The notes: generated by a model not told the origin, from the sequence alone. A DNA stretch of 63,693 nt, filler included, from an uncultured Methanosarcinales archaeon (GCA_964385185.1; 4 parts of 4 records of this genome joined end to end with filler, not necessarily neighbours in it), one strand, 5' to 3'. Positions 26,453-37,375 are shown, counted from the first letter of the whole stretch. Translations and numbers: made by a program.

Positions 26453-28477
26453 CTATATTCTACTAATTGTTCCTGGTCTTGGTTCAAAAACACTTCCAGT
26501 TCTCTTCAATTTCTCAATAGCTTCATCAACTTCAGCTTCACTTAATCCTTTTTCAGTAGCTGCACGAACAATCTCTTCCATAGGAATATTTTTCCCCATC
26601 CTACCTTCCAATTCACTAATAATTTCCCGAACACCTACCACTTTCCCTCGTTGAGAAGCAGGCATATCGGTAGCAATTCTATCAATATCAATCGTTCCTG
26701 TCTCCTCATCAAATGCAATATTTCGAAGACTAAAGTTCAACAAATTAATAGCCCTCTTGGCATCCTTTTTGGTAACTTTATCTCCTAACCGTGCCTTAGC
26801 AACAGCTTCAGAGATACGCACCAATCCTTCTAATTGCCGTGCACTAATAGGAATACTCTTAATTCCTGACTCAGTATTTCCACTAGCCCTCATTTTAAGA
26901 TAATAATCTTTAATTTCAGAAACAGCCCCTTCTGTCAACTGTGGAGTAAAATTCTTTTTAGCATAAGCGAAATATTTTCTTAATAAAGGTGTAGGAATTT
27001 CACTCTCTTCAATATCTGGATTTTGATGTAAATTCAAAATAAAACTGGCCATTTTTCCATCCTTTTTGGCATCGGGTAAATCCTTAATAGGAAATATGAG
27101 ATCGAACCGATTTATAAGAGTAGGCGGCAAGTTAATTTGCTCTGCTACCGTTTGATAGGGATCAAATCGACCAAATTTAGGATTTGCTGCAGCAAGTACT
27201 GTAGTTTCACAACGAAGAGTAGCTTGAATATTAGCCTTGGCAATACTAATAGTCTGTTGTTCAAGACCTTCGTGTAATGAACTTCTATCTTCTTTTCCCA
27301 TCTTGTCTAACTCATCTATCATCAACTGTCCACGATTAGCCAATACTAATGCACCTGCTTCTAAACTCCATCCTTGCAAAAATTCATCTTTAACAACACT
27401 CGCCGTTAATCCTGCTCCACTCACTCCCTTTCCACTCACATATCGAGCTTTAGGGGCAACAATATTTAATCGCTTAAGCATCTGACTCTTTCCTGATCCG
27501 GGATCGCCTACAAGTAAAACGTGCATATCTCCTCTTGTGGTGCTCCCTGCACCATCATCACGAACCTTTCGCACCCCACCCATGAGCTGATACACCAAAG
27601 CTTCCTTAATCTCACTATGTCCATATACACTAGGAGCAATACTGTTCACTAATTTTTGATACACCTTAGGATTATTTGCTATCTGTTTAATCTCATCTAA
27701 TTCTTCTTCACTAATAGCCAAATCTCCAAAATTCTCTTCAATGGTATCTACAAAATTAGCTTCAATAAGAAGATCAAACCGTGTACTTTGACCTCCAGAC
27801 TTCAATATAATAGGAACTTCCTTAATAACACCATTCAACACAATTTTAGTTCCAGGATTTGTTTTCTTTTCAGAAAGGGGGCTCACCATATCATTAGTAA
27901 GAAATATATTCATTCTCTTAGGTTGTTCTCCTCCATCAAGTTCTTCTGAAGCTTCCTCCAATACCAATCCTTGTGCATCCACCATCTCTTTACTTAATAA
28001 TCTAAATTTCCCTTTTCTCCCACAACCACATTTAGTAGGCTCTTTTAACTTACTATCAAGTTGCAAAACAGGAATAATATTTCCACAACTAGGACACTCA
28101 AAACGACTAGCTGTCACTTGTGGTCGAACATCACTTTTCTGTCTTACAACACCAATTGTAGAATAAAATTTTCCCAAATGTGAACTTCGAATATCTCTCA
28201 ACATTAATTTTTGAGATTCTGGCAAATTACAAAAACGTAATTTAAAACCTTTAACATCTCCCTCCACATCAAATTCTTCAATAGCCAACTCACCGACTTT
28301 AAACATATCCTCTGGTTTATCCAAAAGCATATCTGCCAAAACAGGATCATGAGCTACAAATTTACCAAAATCTACTACAAGAAATTTTTCTCCTTTACGA
28401 ATTTGTTCTAAGAGCTCTGCGTGATAATGCTTCTGTAAAAACGTCGCTACCCTCTTAATTTGTTGACTTGCTTCCAT
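26453..28477 (-). CDS. mcm: Minichromosome maintenance replicative helicase
   Basis: Zn motif CPSC..CGC, GDPGSGKS, IDELDKM, AAANPKFG, SARQLE, C-terminal winged helix. Confidence 0.98.
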   Translation of the reverse strand: MEASQQIKRVATFLQKHYHAELLEQIRKGEKFLVVDFGKFVAHDPVLADMLLDKPEDMFKVGELAIEEFDVEGDVKGFKLRFCNLPESQKLMLRDIRSSHLGKFYSTIGVVRQKSDVRPQVTASRFECPSCGNIIPVLQLDSKLKEPTKCGCGRKGKFRLLSKEMVDAQGLVLEEASEELDGGEQPKRMNIFLTNDMVSPLSEKKTNPGTKIVLNGVIKEVPIILKSGGQSTRFDLLIEANFVDTIEENFGDLAISEEELDEIKQIANNPKVYQKLVNSIAPSVYGHSEIKEALVYQLMGGVRKVRDDGAGSTTRGDMHVLLVGDPGSGKSQMLKRLNIVAPKARYVSGKGVSGAGLTASVVKDEFLQGWSLEAGALVLANRGQLMIDELDKMGKEDRSSLHEGLEQQTISIAKANIQATLRCETTVLAAANPKFGRFDPYQTVAEQINLPPTLINRFDLIFPIKDLPDAKKDGKMASFILNLHQNPDIEESEIPTPLLRKYFAYAKKNFTPQLTEGAVSEIKDYYLKMRASGNTESGIKSIPISARQLEGLVRISEAVAKARLGDKVTKKDAKRAINLLNFSLRNIAFDEETGTIDIDRIATDMPASQRGKVVGVREIISELEGRMGKNIPMEEIVRAATEKGLSEAEVDEAIEKLKRTGSVFEPRPGTISRI

Positions 28478-28683
28478 TCTACTCAAATCCCTTGCAATTA
28501 CTTAGAGAACTCTAAAGATTAATAAATGCTTCCCGCACTTGTCGTGTGGTCTGCAAATTATCCGGCAAACTATCTAATATTGCCGAAATCTTTTCGTTAC
28601 CCCCCTGTTAATTGCAACATTAACGAAAAAAACAAAATAAAAAAAGAACCATAAGGCCCGTAAATAGTGTTTCCTTCTAAAAA

Positions 28684-29259
28684 CTATTTACCTTTAACCT
28701 TTTTTAAGTTTACGATTAATTTGTCCAAAGCTTCGTATACTTCTTTCTCTGACTTAGTTCCAGTACATACAACCTTACCGTTACTAAACAACAAGAAAGT
28801 AGCATTTGCTTGCTGAAGTTTATACACCAAACCAGGAAATTGTTCTGGTTCATACTCTGTATTGTCTAACTTCATAGCTAAAGTATTCAAATTAAGATCC
28901 ATACCCACTGTTCCAGATGCAACAATGTTCTGAATATTAATTTTCGGTTCAACAGTAATCTTAACATTAATTTTCTGCAATGATTTGATAATTTTTTGTA
29001 AACTCTCGCTTACATCTTTCAAAGTTCTCGCACCAGTGCTAACAACTTTTCCAGAACTAAAAATCAATGCACTCGTTTTTGGCTCTTTAATTCTAATAAC
29101 AAGGCCAGGAAACTGTTCAGGATTGTACTCAGTATTCGATAACGTTGCCGCCATCTTTTCTAATGGAATATCATGTTCCAAACTGGTACTTACAACAATA
29201 TTAACAATCTTTATTTCTTTTTTACCTTCTTTCTCGTCTTTTTTCTTTGCTTTTGCCAT
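28684..29259 (-). CDS. tbp: TATA-box-binding protein
   Basis: Duplicated NIVxS...YxPEQFPGL...LxFSxGKVVxTG. Confidence 0.98.
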   Translation of the reverse strand: MAKAKKKDEKEGKKEIKIVNIVVSTSLEHDIPLEKMAATLSNTEYNPEQFPGLVIRIKEPKTSALIFSSGKVVSTGARTLKDVSESLQKIIKSLQKINVKITVEPKINIQNIVASGTVGMDLNLNTLAMKLDNTEYEPEQFPGLVYKLQQANATFLLFSNGKVVCTGTKSEKEVYEALDKLIVNLKKVKGK

Positions 29260-29399
29260 AGTGCTACCCCCAAATTATAGCTTTAAAAACCCCTTTATTT
29301 GGTTTATAAATACGAATTCATTTATAAAGGCTTCCCTTTTTAAAGGGTATTAAGAACGAATTCTATGATATGCTTCTTTACCGACGATATAGTCGGTAC

Positions 29400-30143
29400 T
29401 CAATACACCCTAAAAACTTTCCTTAACACAATAGAAAACACAATACTAAAGATAATATAACTCATTAACCATCCTAACTTCCATCCAAACAAATTTATAA
29501 CCTTCAAAGGCTCATTATTGATACGTATCAACTTAACGTCACCTTTATACTTTTGCTCAACTTTCTCATATTGCATATCATCAATAAGCAAATTCTTAAC
29601 ATAACTACGCTCATTATGCTTTACACCAAGTGTATACTCTCCTGCAGGACCATATAATGTCCAATCTATCTTACCCGATTCTATCTCCTTGATTGCATCA
29701 CTCTGTAAAGTTAACGCCTCAGGATATAGTAATTCAGCTTCTCCAATAATCCCTTTATCAAAAAGTGCCGTAACACTAAACTGATCCTCAGGCATAATAG
29801 GCATATGAGTTAAATTAGCATTTAACCAACCAAATAAAATAATAATAGGAACAAAAGTATACAGTGTTGATTTAAAACTCTGCATCATATATTTCATATT
29901 AGTCTGCATAGCCTTTTTCTGAACTTTCATAGCCTCTTCAGGACTCTCTCGTAGTTCTTTAATCTCTTTTTGAAATTCCTTCATCTCATCCTTTAATGTT
30001 TTCATTAAATTTTGATCAGTAGTGTATTTGTAAATAACGACAATAACAAGAGAAATGACAAAGGAGATAATAAACAAAGCCCAAAAAGGACCGAGACTAA
30101 GAAGAGGATTAAACACTGGATCCAATAATCGTTCAAATACCAT
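29400..30143 (-). CDS. DUF106/EMC3/TMCO1 (Oxa1 superfamily) membrane insertase-like protein
   Basis: TM, coiled coil (MKTLKDEMKEFQKE), MMQSFK, WLMSYIIFS; canonical position after secY. Confidence 0.9.
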   Translation of the reverse strand: MVFERLLDPVFNPLLSLGPFWALFIISFVISLVIVVIYKYTTDQNLMKTLKDEMKEFQKEIKELRESPEEAMKVQKKAMQTNMKYMMQSFKSTLYTFVPIIILFGWLNANLTHMPIMPEDQFSVTALFDKGIIGEAELLYPEALTLQSDAIKEIESGKIDWTLYGPAGEYTLGVKHNERSYVKNLLIDDMQYEKVEQKYKGDVKLIRINNEPLKVINLFGWKLGWLMSYIIFSIVFSIVLRKVFRVY

Positions 30144-30193
30144 TTTTGTATGTTTGTATACTTCAGTTATATATTAACTAACATGTCGTAGAC

Positions 30194-31582
30194 TTACTCC
30201 ATAAACTTCCGCATAGCTGGATTCATATCCATCATATGCTGTTTACTAATATCTTCATATAACTTATAGATAATCATAACAGTCAGTAATAATCCTGTTC
30301 CACCTGTTAATGCTCCAGTCAAATCGGCAGCTGCCGCTAAAAAACCTACGGCAATCGCCCCCATAATAGTAAGTGGATTAATATATCGATTCAACAACCT
30401 TTCTAAAACTCTTTGATCCTTTCTAAATCCTGGAATTTGTAATCCTGAAGCCATCATCTGTTTTGCCTGACTCTTTGCATCCATACCGGATGTTTGTACC
30501 CAGAAGATACTGAAAACAACAGCTCCAATAATCATAACCGTCATATACACCAAAGCTCGTCCAACATCACCACCAGTCATACTCCCACGAATAACAAGTC
30601 CGACAATATTAGGAGGGGTAACCCAACTAACAAATCCAGAGACGGGAGTATTTCCAACAAAAGTACCTAACCAAGGATGTCCCCAATTCTGCAACAATCT
30701 GGCCCATAATTGAATATTAGCAAGTAAAGCAGCAACTAAAATAACTGGAATATTTGAAGTATAAATAAAACTTAAAGGCCATCTAATTCCATGTCCACGA
30801 ACACGACCAAAACTAAGAGGAATCTCCACCTTCATACTTTGAGCATAGACTGAAATTACAAATACAAATATAGTACTTAATACAGCTGCAAGCATTAACC
30901 CTGCAGTAATAGGATCTCCTACTCGTAAACTTTGAAACAAAGCAGGAATAGCTCCTGTTGCAATACCTGGATTAGTTGGACTGGGTAAAGGACTTAGTGC
31001 TCTAATAAATACCTGTTGACTCACTCCTGCAGCAATAAAGAGACTTACTCCAGAACCAAAACCCCATTTACTGGTGACTTCATCCATAAACATAATCATG
31101 ATACTACCTAAAATAAGTTGAAAAATAAGCAATAATTGTAGTTGAAAATAAACGGGTGTTCCTACCATAGCAGGCGGAGGAGCTAATCCTCCCATAAAGA
31201 CATAGATAGCAGCTTCAAAAACAGTAAAAAAGACCGCCATAAGCTTTTGAACTCCTTGGAATCTCATTTTACCTTCATGGCTAGTGAGATCAAACTTAAT
31301 AATACCCGATCCATTCAATAATTGTAAAACAATACTTCCTGTAACAATAGGACCAATTCCAAGACTAATAATACTTCCAAATTGGGCTCCTAGAATAACG
31401 CTTAATAATTCAAACTGTTGTAATGTATTTCTACCAAGACCAAATAAAGGAATCATACCTAAAACATAAAATAATACTAAAATTATCAGAGTCCATTTAA
31501 GTTTCTCTTTGAACCCCAACCTCTTTTGTGTTGGACCTCCCACTTCAGGCAAATTTGCCAGAATATTGTCCCAGATACCCAT
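30194..31582 (-). CDS. secY: Preprotein translocase SecY/Sec61alpha
   Basis: KLKWT, LGIGPIVT, KWGFGSGVSLFIAAG, YTSNIP, IPGFR, GGTGLLL. Confidence 0.98.
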   Translation of the reverse strand: MGIWDNILANLPEVGGPTQKRLGFKEKLKWTLIILVLFYVLGMIPLFGLGRNTLQQFELLSVILGAQFGSIISLGIGPIVTGSIVLQLLNGSGIIKFDLTSHEGKMRFQGVQKLMAVFFTVFEAAIYVFMGGLAPPPAMVGTPVYFQLQLLLIFQLILGSIMIMFMDEVTSKWGFGSGVSLFIAAGVSQQVFIRALSPLPSPTNPGIATGAIPALFQSLRVGDPITAGLMLAAVLSTIFVFVISVYAQSMKVEIPLSFGRVRGHGIRWPLSFIYTSNIPVILVAALLANIQLWARLLQNWGHPWLGTFVGNTPVSGFVSWVTPPNIVGLVIRGSMTGGDVGRALVYMTVMIIGAVVFSIFWVQTSGMDAKSQAKQMMASGLQIPGFRKDQRVLERLLNRYINPLTIMGAIAVGFLAAAADLTGALTGGTGLLLTVMIIYKLYEDISKQHMMDMNPAMRKFME

Positions 31583-31584
31583 TT

Positions 31585-32028
31585 TTATGCTTTTTGCTCA
31601 GAATCTTGAGACTTCTCTTTCTTAATGCCTACAATCTCTCCACCAGCTTTTTGAATTTTCTCGATGGCAGATGCACTCGCTTGATTGACAGTAATAGTAT
31701 ATTTCTTAGTAGCATTTCCTCTGCTTAATAATTTATCGTATTTCAAAGCAGTAAGGTCAACAGTAACTTTTCCGTCTTTTTCCACACCTAATTTTCTCAT
31801 CTCAATGTCTATAATATTAATAGTATTCAAATCTTTAGCAAGTGATGTAAATCCTCTTTTACCAAAATAACCTTTTTTATCCCATACACTCGGTTTAGTC
31901 TGATCTCCTCGTTTACCAGTTCCAGCTCTTCCACTTCCACCCTTATGGCCTTTACCTCTTCTCTTCTTCATACTACCGCAGCCATGGGTTTTACTTCCTC
32001 TATATCTGCTGTTCTTTTTTCGCTTCAT
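31585..32028 (-). CDS. rpl15: Ribosomal protein uL15
   Basis: RGSKTHGCG, GGSGRAG, YFGKRGF, AIEKIQKAGG. Confidence 0.95.
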   Translation of the reverse strand: MKRKKNSRYRGSKTHGCGSMKKRRGKGHKGGSGRAGTGKRGDQTKPSVWDKKGYFGKRGFTSLAKDLNTINIIDIEMRKLGVEKDGKVTVDLTALKYDKLLSRGNATKKYTITVNQASASAIEKIQKAGGEIVGIKKEKSQDSEQKA

Positions 32029-32412
32029 CTAAATCATCCGTTGTATAAGTTTGTTAATATCGGTCCCTCTATACCCTAAAACACCACCTTTGGTATAAGG
32101 TTGTTTAATCCCTTTCCTCTCAAATCCACCTCTTGGAGGATGTAAATTAAAAAATTGCTTAGCTACTTCTTTTCCTTCTTTATCTGTTGTTTTCTGTCCT
32201 CGTTTCTCGACAAGTTCTTTAACAACTTCTTCGCTAACCTCTCCCCAAGTAACATAATGTTGAACCTTTAAAATCATTCCACGGATAGCAGGAGTATCTT
32301 CTAAAATTACACAAGCGTGTTTTCGCAATAATCTAAGCATAGTAAACGTTTTCCGAATACCATCATCTAGATTAATATCTCCTCTAATCCTAACCACAAC
32401 TAATTTACTCAT
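32029..32412 (-). CDS. rpl30: Ribosomal protein uL30
   Basis: VVRIRG, VTWGE, LHPPRGGF, GYRG; start placed at MSKLVV. Confidence 0.95.
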   Translation of the reverse strand: MSKLVVVRIRGDINLDDGIRKTFTMLRLLRKHACVILEDTPAIRGMILKVQHYVTWGEVSEEVVKELVEKRGQKTTDKEGKEVAKQFFNLHPPRGGFERKGIKQPYTKGGVLGYRGTDINKLIQRMI

Positions 32413-33190
32413 CCTTTTTATCCTCAGCAATTTTACCTTCAACAATACCTAATCCTTTTAATTTATCATCTCTTACCTTTGTAGTAGACAATTTTTGAAG
32501 TGCGAAAATACATGCTTTGATCATATTCAGCTTAGTAGCAGTATGTCCTTGAGATTTAGTCCACGCATCAGTAATTCCAGCCAATCCTAAGATTTTCTGA
32601 CATTCCTTCTCTGCAACTAATCCTTTTCCTTTTGGAGCAGGCATAACAATCAAATGGATACTACCACATTTCCCATCAACTTTGAAAGGAATGGAGTGTG
32701 CTTCATTACTCGTACTTTCCCAACTTCCAGATCCTCTTCTAATCTTAAAAACATTCAGTTTAGCTTTTCGAATCGCTTTCTCCCGTGCAGGTACAGTCTC
32801 ACGACCTTTACCATATCCAATCCCTACATAACCATTTTTATTTCCAACAACAGCAACTGTAGCGAAGTTAGGCTTATTACCCTCTCGAGTTTTCTTTTGA
32901 GTTTGCTTGAAAATTCTTCGTTGTCCACCACCAAACTTTCCTTTAGCCTGTCCAACCAATAAAATTTCAGTCTCTAACTGTGGAATTAAAGCGTCAACAA
33001 TTTCTGCTTCTTGAATGATCATTCCTGCATCTAAAATAGTATCAATATCAGTAATTTCCTTTTTCTTTACTTGAACTCCAAGACGAGTTAACGGTTTCCA
33101 TTCCTCAATGTTAAAAACTTCTTGAGGTCTCTGCATATTGCCTCGCTTAAAGTCTCTCTTATTATCCTTCCTTTTCATGTTATCATTCAT
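32405..33190 (-). CDS. rps5: Ribosomal protein uS5
   Basis: WKPLTRLG, VGNKNGYVGIG, RGSGSWE, PAPKGKGL. Confidence 0.97.
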   Translation of the reverse strand: MNDNMKRKDNKRDFKRGNMQRPQEVFNIEEWKPLTRLGVQVKKKEITDIDTILDAGMIIQEAEIVDALIPQLETEILLVGQAKGKFGGGQRRIFKQTQKKTREGNKPNFATVAVVGNKNGYVGIGYGKGRETVPAREKAIRKAKLNVFKIRRGSGSWESTSNEAHSIPFKVDGKCGSIHLIVMPAPKGKGLVAEKECQKILGLAGITDAWTKSQGHTATKLNMIKACIFALQKLSTTKVRDDKLKGLGIVEGKIAEDKKDE

Positions 33191-33771
33191 TTTGTAAGTA
33201 GCTTCTGCTTTACCTCTTCCACTTTTTGAGGCATATCCTCAGGTTTATGTCCGTCTTTTGTGTATTTTGAATATAATTTATCATATTGTTCCTTATTCTC
33301 TGCAGCTAATTTAGCAGCATAAGCTGAAATATGTTTACCTTCTAATCGATCTTGGCTAGGAGCCTGATCATCCTCTAATTTAACATTCAGACCTGCATCT
33401 TTTAATCCTTTCATAGCAGCAAATAAACAATTTGCTTTAGTCACTCTTCGTAATCCGACATCAATAATAATAGTATCAACACCTTTTTCAAGTGCCTTTT
33501 TACCTGCTGCAATACCAGTTAAATAAAATCCAGGAAGATTAGCTCCATTGTAAGGCCATCCTGCTTTCTTTATAGTATCTGAAGTAGCTCCAATAATAAC
33601 TTTATCTCCTGTCGCATTATATTGTGTAATTTGGATAATTGATTTAGTGTTAGTCTTTCTAATAACTGCCCGAGCAGTACCACTAAGCAAAAGACGTAAC
33701 CTTTTTTTGTAGTTAGTCTTTCCGTTTCGTCTTCGTTTATAGGATAATACCTGTCTACCGTTTTTTGCCAT
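33187..33771 (-). CDS. rpl18: Ribosomal protein uL18
   Basis: RRRNGKTNYKKRLRLL, YLTG, DAGL, GKHI. Confidence 0.95.
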   Translation of the reverse strand: MAKNGRQVLSYKRRRNGKTNYKKRLRLLLSGTARAVIRKTNTKSIIQITQYNATGDKVIIGATSDTIKKAGWPYNGANLPGFYLTGIAAGKKALEKGVDTIIIDVGLRRVTKANCLFAAMKGLKDAGLNVKLEDDQAPSQDRLEGKHISAYAAKLAAENKEQYDKLYSKYTKDGHKPEDMPQKVEEVKQKLLTK

Positions 33772-34211
33772 TATTTCCACAATCCTTTTTCATTTACATA
33801 CAACTTAATGTGTCGTACACTTCTGAAAAAGCCTCCTGAACATTTTTTGTACAAAGTTCTGTACACTTCTGCTGTGATTTTTTCTCCTTGTTTTAATTCT
33901 TTAATTAATGCTCTTTGCTTTCGAATTTTGAATATCCATGTTTGTTTCTTTTTAACTCTTGTTTTTTGAGTTCCTTTACGAGATCCATGTCCTCGTTGTC
34001 TTCCTTTAACTCGTTGCAAAGCCTTCTTCCGTGCTCTTGATCTTGAAGGTCCTGGCTTTTTACTTTTAGTAATTGCCTTTGTGCTAATTAATCCTCTAAT
34101 ATCTAACTTAGTAATAGATTCTTTAATATCTTCTAATCGCTCAGGGTCTAGCCTAATCTTTTTAGGTGATACTTTCAATAATCTTGCCGCTAATCTTTTT
34201 TGTAGGTTCAT
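33771..34211 (-). CDS. rpl19e: Ribosomal protein eL19
   Basis: QKRLAA, GRQRGHGSRKG, IRKQR, GGFF. Confidence 0.96.
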   Translation of the reverse strand: MNLQKRLAARLLKVSPKKIRLDPERLEDIKESITKLDIRGLISTKAITKSKKPGPSRSRARKKALQRVKGRQRGHGSRKGTQKTRVKKKQTWIFKIRKQRALIKELKQGEKITAEVYRTLYKKCSGGFFRSVRHIKLYVNEKGLWK

Positions 34212-34218
34212 GGTTCTC

Positions 34219-34818
34219 TTACTGTGGTTTAATCAAGGATTTATCCTTCTCCTTTTTATCTTGATCTTTCTTTTCTACTTCGTCAACTTTTTTATCCAGA
34301 CCTTCTTTGTCATCTTTAGTTTCTTCTTTTTTCTTGTCTTCTGCTTTCTTCTCAAGTTCTTTTTGCTTAGCTTCTTTATCTTCAACTTTTTTCTTCTTAA
34401 CTTGTTTATTTTTCTCAAAAGACTCTTGAGTTTCTTTGATAAATGCAGCAGCATCTTTAACATTAAGTACTGTAATTCCTTTTTCTTGTGCTTTCTCTAA
34501 TACTTGGATTTTTTTCTTTTGACCAACAGTAGATCCAATAACAATACTTGTATTTTCACCAACACTTTCCAAATCGGAAACAGTATAGACCATTTTAATA
34601 AGTGTACCTAATGCTGATAATCCTCTAACAGATTTTGGACTTCTCCACCCATGACTTGGTGTTGGAGGAGATCCTTTTCTACTCAGTCTCATCTTAGATT
34701 GAAGTCCTTTAGGCCTTCTCCATTTAACAGCCAATTTATTATATTGACTAGACTTCTGTCTATGAAAATGTGGCTTTCTTGCCTTCAATGCCTTTCGTAC
34801 TTCTAGATCATTGCTCAT
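34219..34818 (-). CDS. rpl32e: Ribosomal protein eL32 with a K/E-rich C-terminal tail
   Basis: KPHFHRQ, WRRPKGLQSKMR, VGQKKK, GITVLN. Confidence 0.95.
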   Translation of the reverse strand: MSNDLEVRKALKARKPHFHRQKSSQYNKLAVKWRRPKGLQSKMRLSRKGSPPTPSHGWRSPKSVRGLSALGTLIKMVYTVSDLESVGENTSIVIGSTVGQKKKIQVLEKAQEKGITVLNVKDAAAFIKETQESFEKNKQVKKKKVEDKEAKQKELEKKAEDKKKEETKDDKEGLDKKVDEVEKKDQDKKEKDKSLIKPQ

Positions 34819-35441
34819 TTGATTTCCTTTCCAGCTTTTTCAGTAATATAAATTCCATCTTGGAATACTCGTAAATCTCTGTTAGTAACAGTACATAATT
34901 TTTCAATACTTGCTGCAATTTGTCCTGCAATTTCCTTATCTACACTTTCAACAGTGATAATCTCTCCTTCAATTTTAACAGTGCCACCTTCGACAATTTT
35001 TAATGTCCGAGGAATTTTTTCCCCAAGGAAATTTTTAATAACAAAATCTTGTCCTTGTAATGTAACATTCATAGGAAAGTGACCTGCACATATTTTTAAT
35101 TTGTAAACATACCCTTCTAATACACCTTGCATTTTATTCATGATATGTGATCTAAATGTTTTTATTTTTCTTTTCTCATGTCTTGAAAATGTGGTACTCT
35201 GAAGGATAATCTTTCCATTGTCAAAGGATACTTTTATTTTTGGATCATTGACAACTTCTACCAATTCTCCTTTTTCTCCTTTGATAGTAATATTGCCCTT
35301 GTCTACAGTAACAGTAACACCTTCAGCAGGAGTGATTTCCTCTTTATGCTTCCGTCTACCACTAGCGTTGGTTTCTGCAACAGGTGCTGCTTTCTGCTCA
35401 GGTGTTGTTTCCTGAGATTGAATAGATTCCGCTTCACTCAT
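34815..35441 (-). CDS. rpl6: Ribosomal protein uL6
   Basis: HFPMNV, KNFLGEK, DLRVFQDGIYI. Confidence 0.97.
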   Translation of the reverse strand: MSEAESIQSQETTPEQKAAPVAETNASGRRKHKEEITPAEGVTVTVDKGNITIKGEKGELVEVVNDPKIKVSFDNGKIILQSTTFSRHEKRKIKTFRSHIMNKMQGVLEGYVYKLKICAGHFPMNVTLQGQDFVIKNFLGEKIPRTLKIVEGGTVKIEGEIITVESVDKEIAGQIAASIEKLCTVTNRDLRVFQDGIYITEKAGKEIK

Positions 35442-35454
35442 AGTAAATATAACA

Positions 35455-35847
35455 TTAATAACAATATGCTATCAATCTGCCTCCAATATTCTTCTCTTTA
35501 GCTTCATGGTGAGTCATAATCCCTTGAGAGGTACTTACAATCATAAATCCAATATTTCGTGCAGGTAAGTATCTTTTTTCATATTTTTCAAAATTATTTC
35601 TAGTAACACTAAATCGTGGCTTAACTACTCCTGCTTTGTTAATAGATCCTAGCAAATTTACAGTTAACCAATCACCTTTACTGTCTTCATGTACCTTGAA
35701 TGATCCAAGGTATCCTTCTTTTTCAAAAATTTCAAAAACTTTTTTAATCATAGTAGAGATTGGTTTAACTACACAAGTACTCTTACCATTCTTTTCCTGA
35801 TTCATTATGTTCGATAATGTGTTTGCTAGTGGGTCGTTTAGTGTCAT
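35455..35847 (-). CDS. rps8: Ribosomal protein uS8
   Basis: DPLANTL, KPRF, YLPA, STSQGIMTH, GGRLIAY. Confidence 0.97.
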   Translation of the reverse strand: MTLNDPLANTLSNIMNQEKNGKSTCVVKPISTMIKKVFEIFEKEGYLGSFKVHEDSKGDWLTVNLLGSINKAGVVKPRFSVTRNNFEKYEKRYLPARNIGFMIVSTSQGIMTHHEAKEKNIGGRLIAYCY

Positions 35848-35848
35848 T

Positions 35849-36079
35849 TTAGTTGAATTTCTTAAATCCCAATTTTAGTGCAACTTCTCTAAAACATTGT
35901 CGACAAACGTCAAGGCCATATTTTCTAATAATACCTCGTCTTCGTCCACAACGTACGCACTTATGAAGATTCCTCCCTGTTTTCCTCTCTTTTGGTGTAT
36001 TATGCTTTTTAAATTTACCAAGCTTCGCTGGCTTTGATTTTAATTGTTTGTACACTTTTGTATGTGATGATGATGTCAT
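35849..36079 (-). CDS. rps14: Ribosomal protein uS14
   Basis: CVRCG...CRQCFRE...GFKK. Confidence 0.97.
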   Translation of the reverse strand: MTSSSHTKVYKQLKSKPAKLGKFKKHNTPKERKTGRNLHKCVRCGRRRGIIRKYGLDVCRQCFREVALKLGFKKFN

Positions 36080-36666
36080 TGTTGTATCTCAACCCCATAA
36101 TTCTTTTTCATAAATTCAACAGCCTCTTCTTGAGCTATTTTGTGCTTTTTAGGCAATGTCTTCTTTCGAATTCTTCGCTTCTTAACTCTAAATCCTGGTC
36201 TCTCCAAACTTACACTTACTTCAAGACCCATAACTCCAATGCTTGGTTCATATTCAAGTCCGGGAATATCGATATATTCTTTAATACCAAAACTGAAATT
36301 TCCATCATTGCTAAATTGTTTTAACTTCAAATTATTTCCATTTGCTTTTAGTAATCGTGAAAGTAAATCTTTTAATTTTGCTCCTCGAATAGTAAGCTTC
36401 GCACCAACGGGTAATCCAGGTCGAACTCCCCATGCAGGGATTCTCTTATTACTAATGGTCTGAATTCCTGCAGTACCAGTAATATGCTTAATAAGTAAAA
36501 CTCCTTTCTCCAAAATCTTTTGATCTTTACCAGCTCCAATATTAAGAGTGATTTTCTCAATCTTAATCTGTCGCATAGGATTCTCTCCAGCATTTCCAAC
36601 TACTTGAGTCTCTGAAGGAGTCTCCGCTTCCTGCGTTGTTGTTTGATCTTGTATTGCTTCACTCAT
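36076..36666 (-). CDS. rpl5: Ribosomal protein uL5
   Basis: [29 protein letters not shown]. Confidence 0.97.
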   Translation of the reverse strand: MSEAIQDQTTTQEAETPSETQVVGNAGENPMRQIKIEKITLNIGAGKDQKILEKGVLLIKHITGTAGIQTISNKRIPAWGVRPGLPVGAKLTIRGAKLKDLLSRLLKANGNNLKLKQFSNDGNFSFGIKEYIDIPGLEYEPSIGVMGLEVSVSLERPGFRVKKRRIRKKTLPKKHKIAQEEAVEFMKKNYGVEIQQ

Positions 36667-36673
36667 AGTATCT

Positions 36674-37375
36674 TCACTCTTTCTTTCCTTCCTCTAATGA
36701 AATGGATGATTTTCCCTTTCCAATAATATATGCAAAATGCTTCATTGTCTCTACAACATTTCCATCAACCTTGCAAATAATTCGGTTATCTTTGATATCT
36801 TCAATAGTACCTGTCTTCCCAACAAATCTTCCACCAGTAAAGTATGCTAATGCACCTTTTGCATAGGCAAAATGCTCTTTGATGGCTTGTTTAGGTAACT
36901 CTAGTAAGAGGGTATCTCCCACTGTGTAAGCATTTTTATCCACAAGAAGGTTTCTTCCATCTCCCATGTTTAATTGAATCTTTCCTTTCGCAAGTAATGT
37001 CTTACCAATAATTTGAACAGGTTTCAAACTCGCTTCTTTAGCAGGAATAGCTAAAGCAAATAATTCCCCTCCTGAATTAAGTAATAATCTGTAATGTTCC
37101 TTGCTTCCTTCTAAACTGATAACATCCATTAATCCTACCAAATATTTCTCTTCTTTAACTTGAGCTCCATCTACTAAGACTTTTGAACTATACATGATTT
37201 TTTTGACTTCTTTCTTGGTAGTTGCTTTTTCAACTAATACTTTGAAAAACTCAACTAAAGGCATTCCTCTTTCAATAGAATGCTTTCCAGGCAATGGCCG
37301 AGTAATGTAAGTTAATCCTTTTCGCTGTATACTCCAGCTTCTTGGTGCAGGTAATCGTTTTAAGTGTGATTTCAT
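36674..37375 (-). CDS. rps4e: Ribosomal protein eS4
   Basis: HLKRLPAP, VGLMDVI, QLNMGDGRN. Confidence 0.95.
   Translation of the reverse strand: MKSHLKRLPAPRSWSIQRKGLTYITRPLPGKHSIERGMPLVEFFKVLVEKATTKKEVKKIMYSSKVLVDGAQVKEEKYLVGLMDVISLEGSKEHYRLLLNSGGELFALAIPAKEASLKPVQIIGKTLLAKGKIQLNMGDGRNLLVDKNAYTVGDTLLLELPKQAIKEHFAYAKGALAYFTGGRFVGKTGTIEDIKDNRIICKVDGNVVETMKHFAYIIGKGKSSISLEEGKKE

Noticed and set aside
28487..28683. Replication origin or ncRNA between tbp and mcm
   Set aside because: Only two modest hairpins and an A-tract, consistent with a tbp terminator; no repeated ORB-like boxes.
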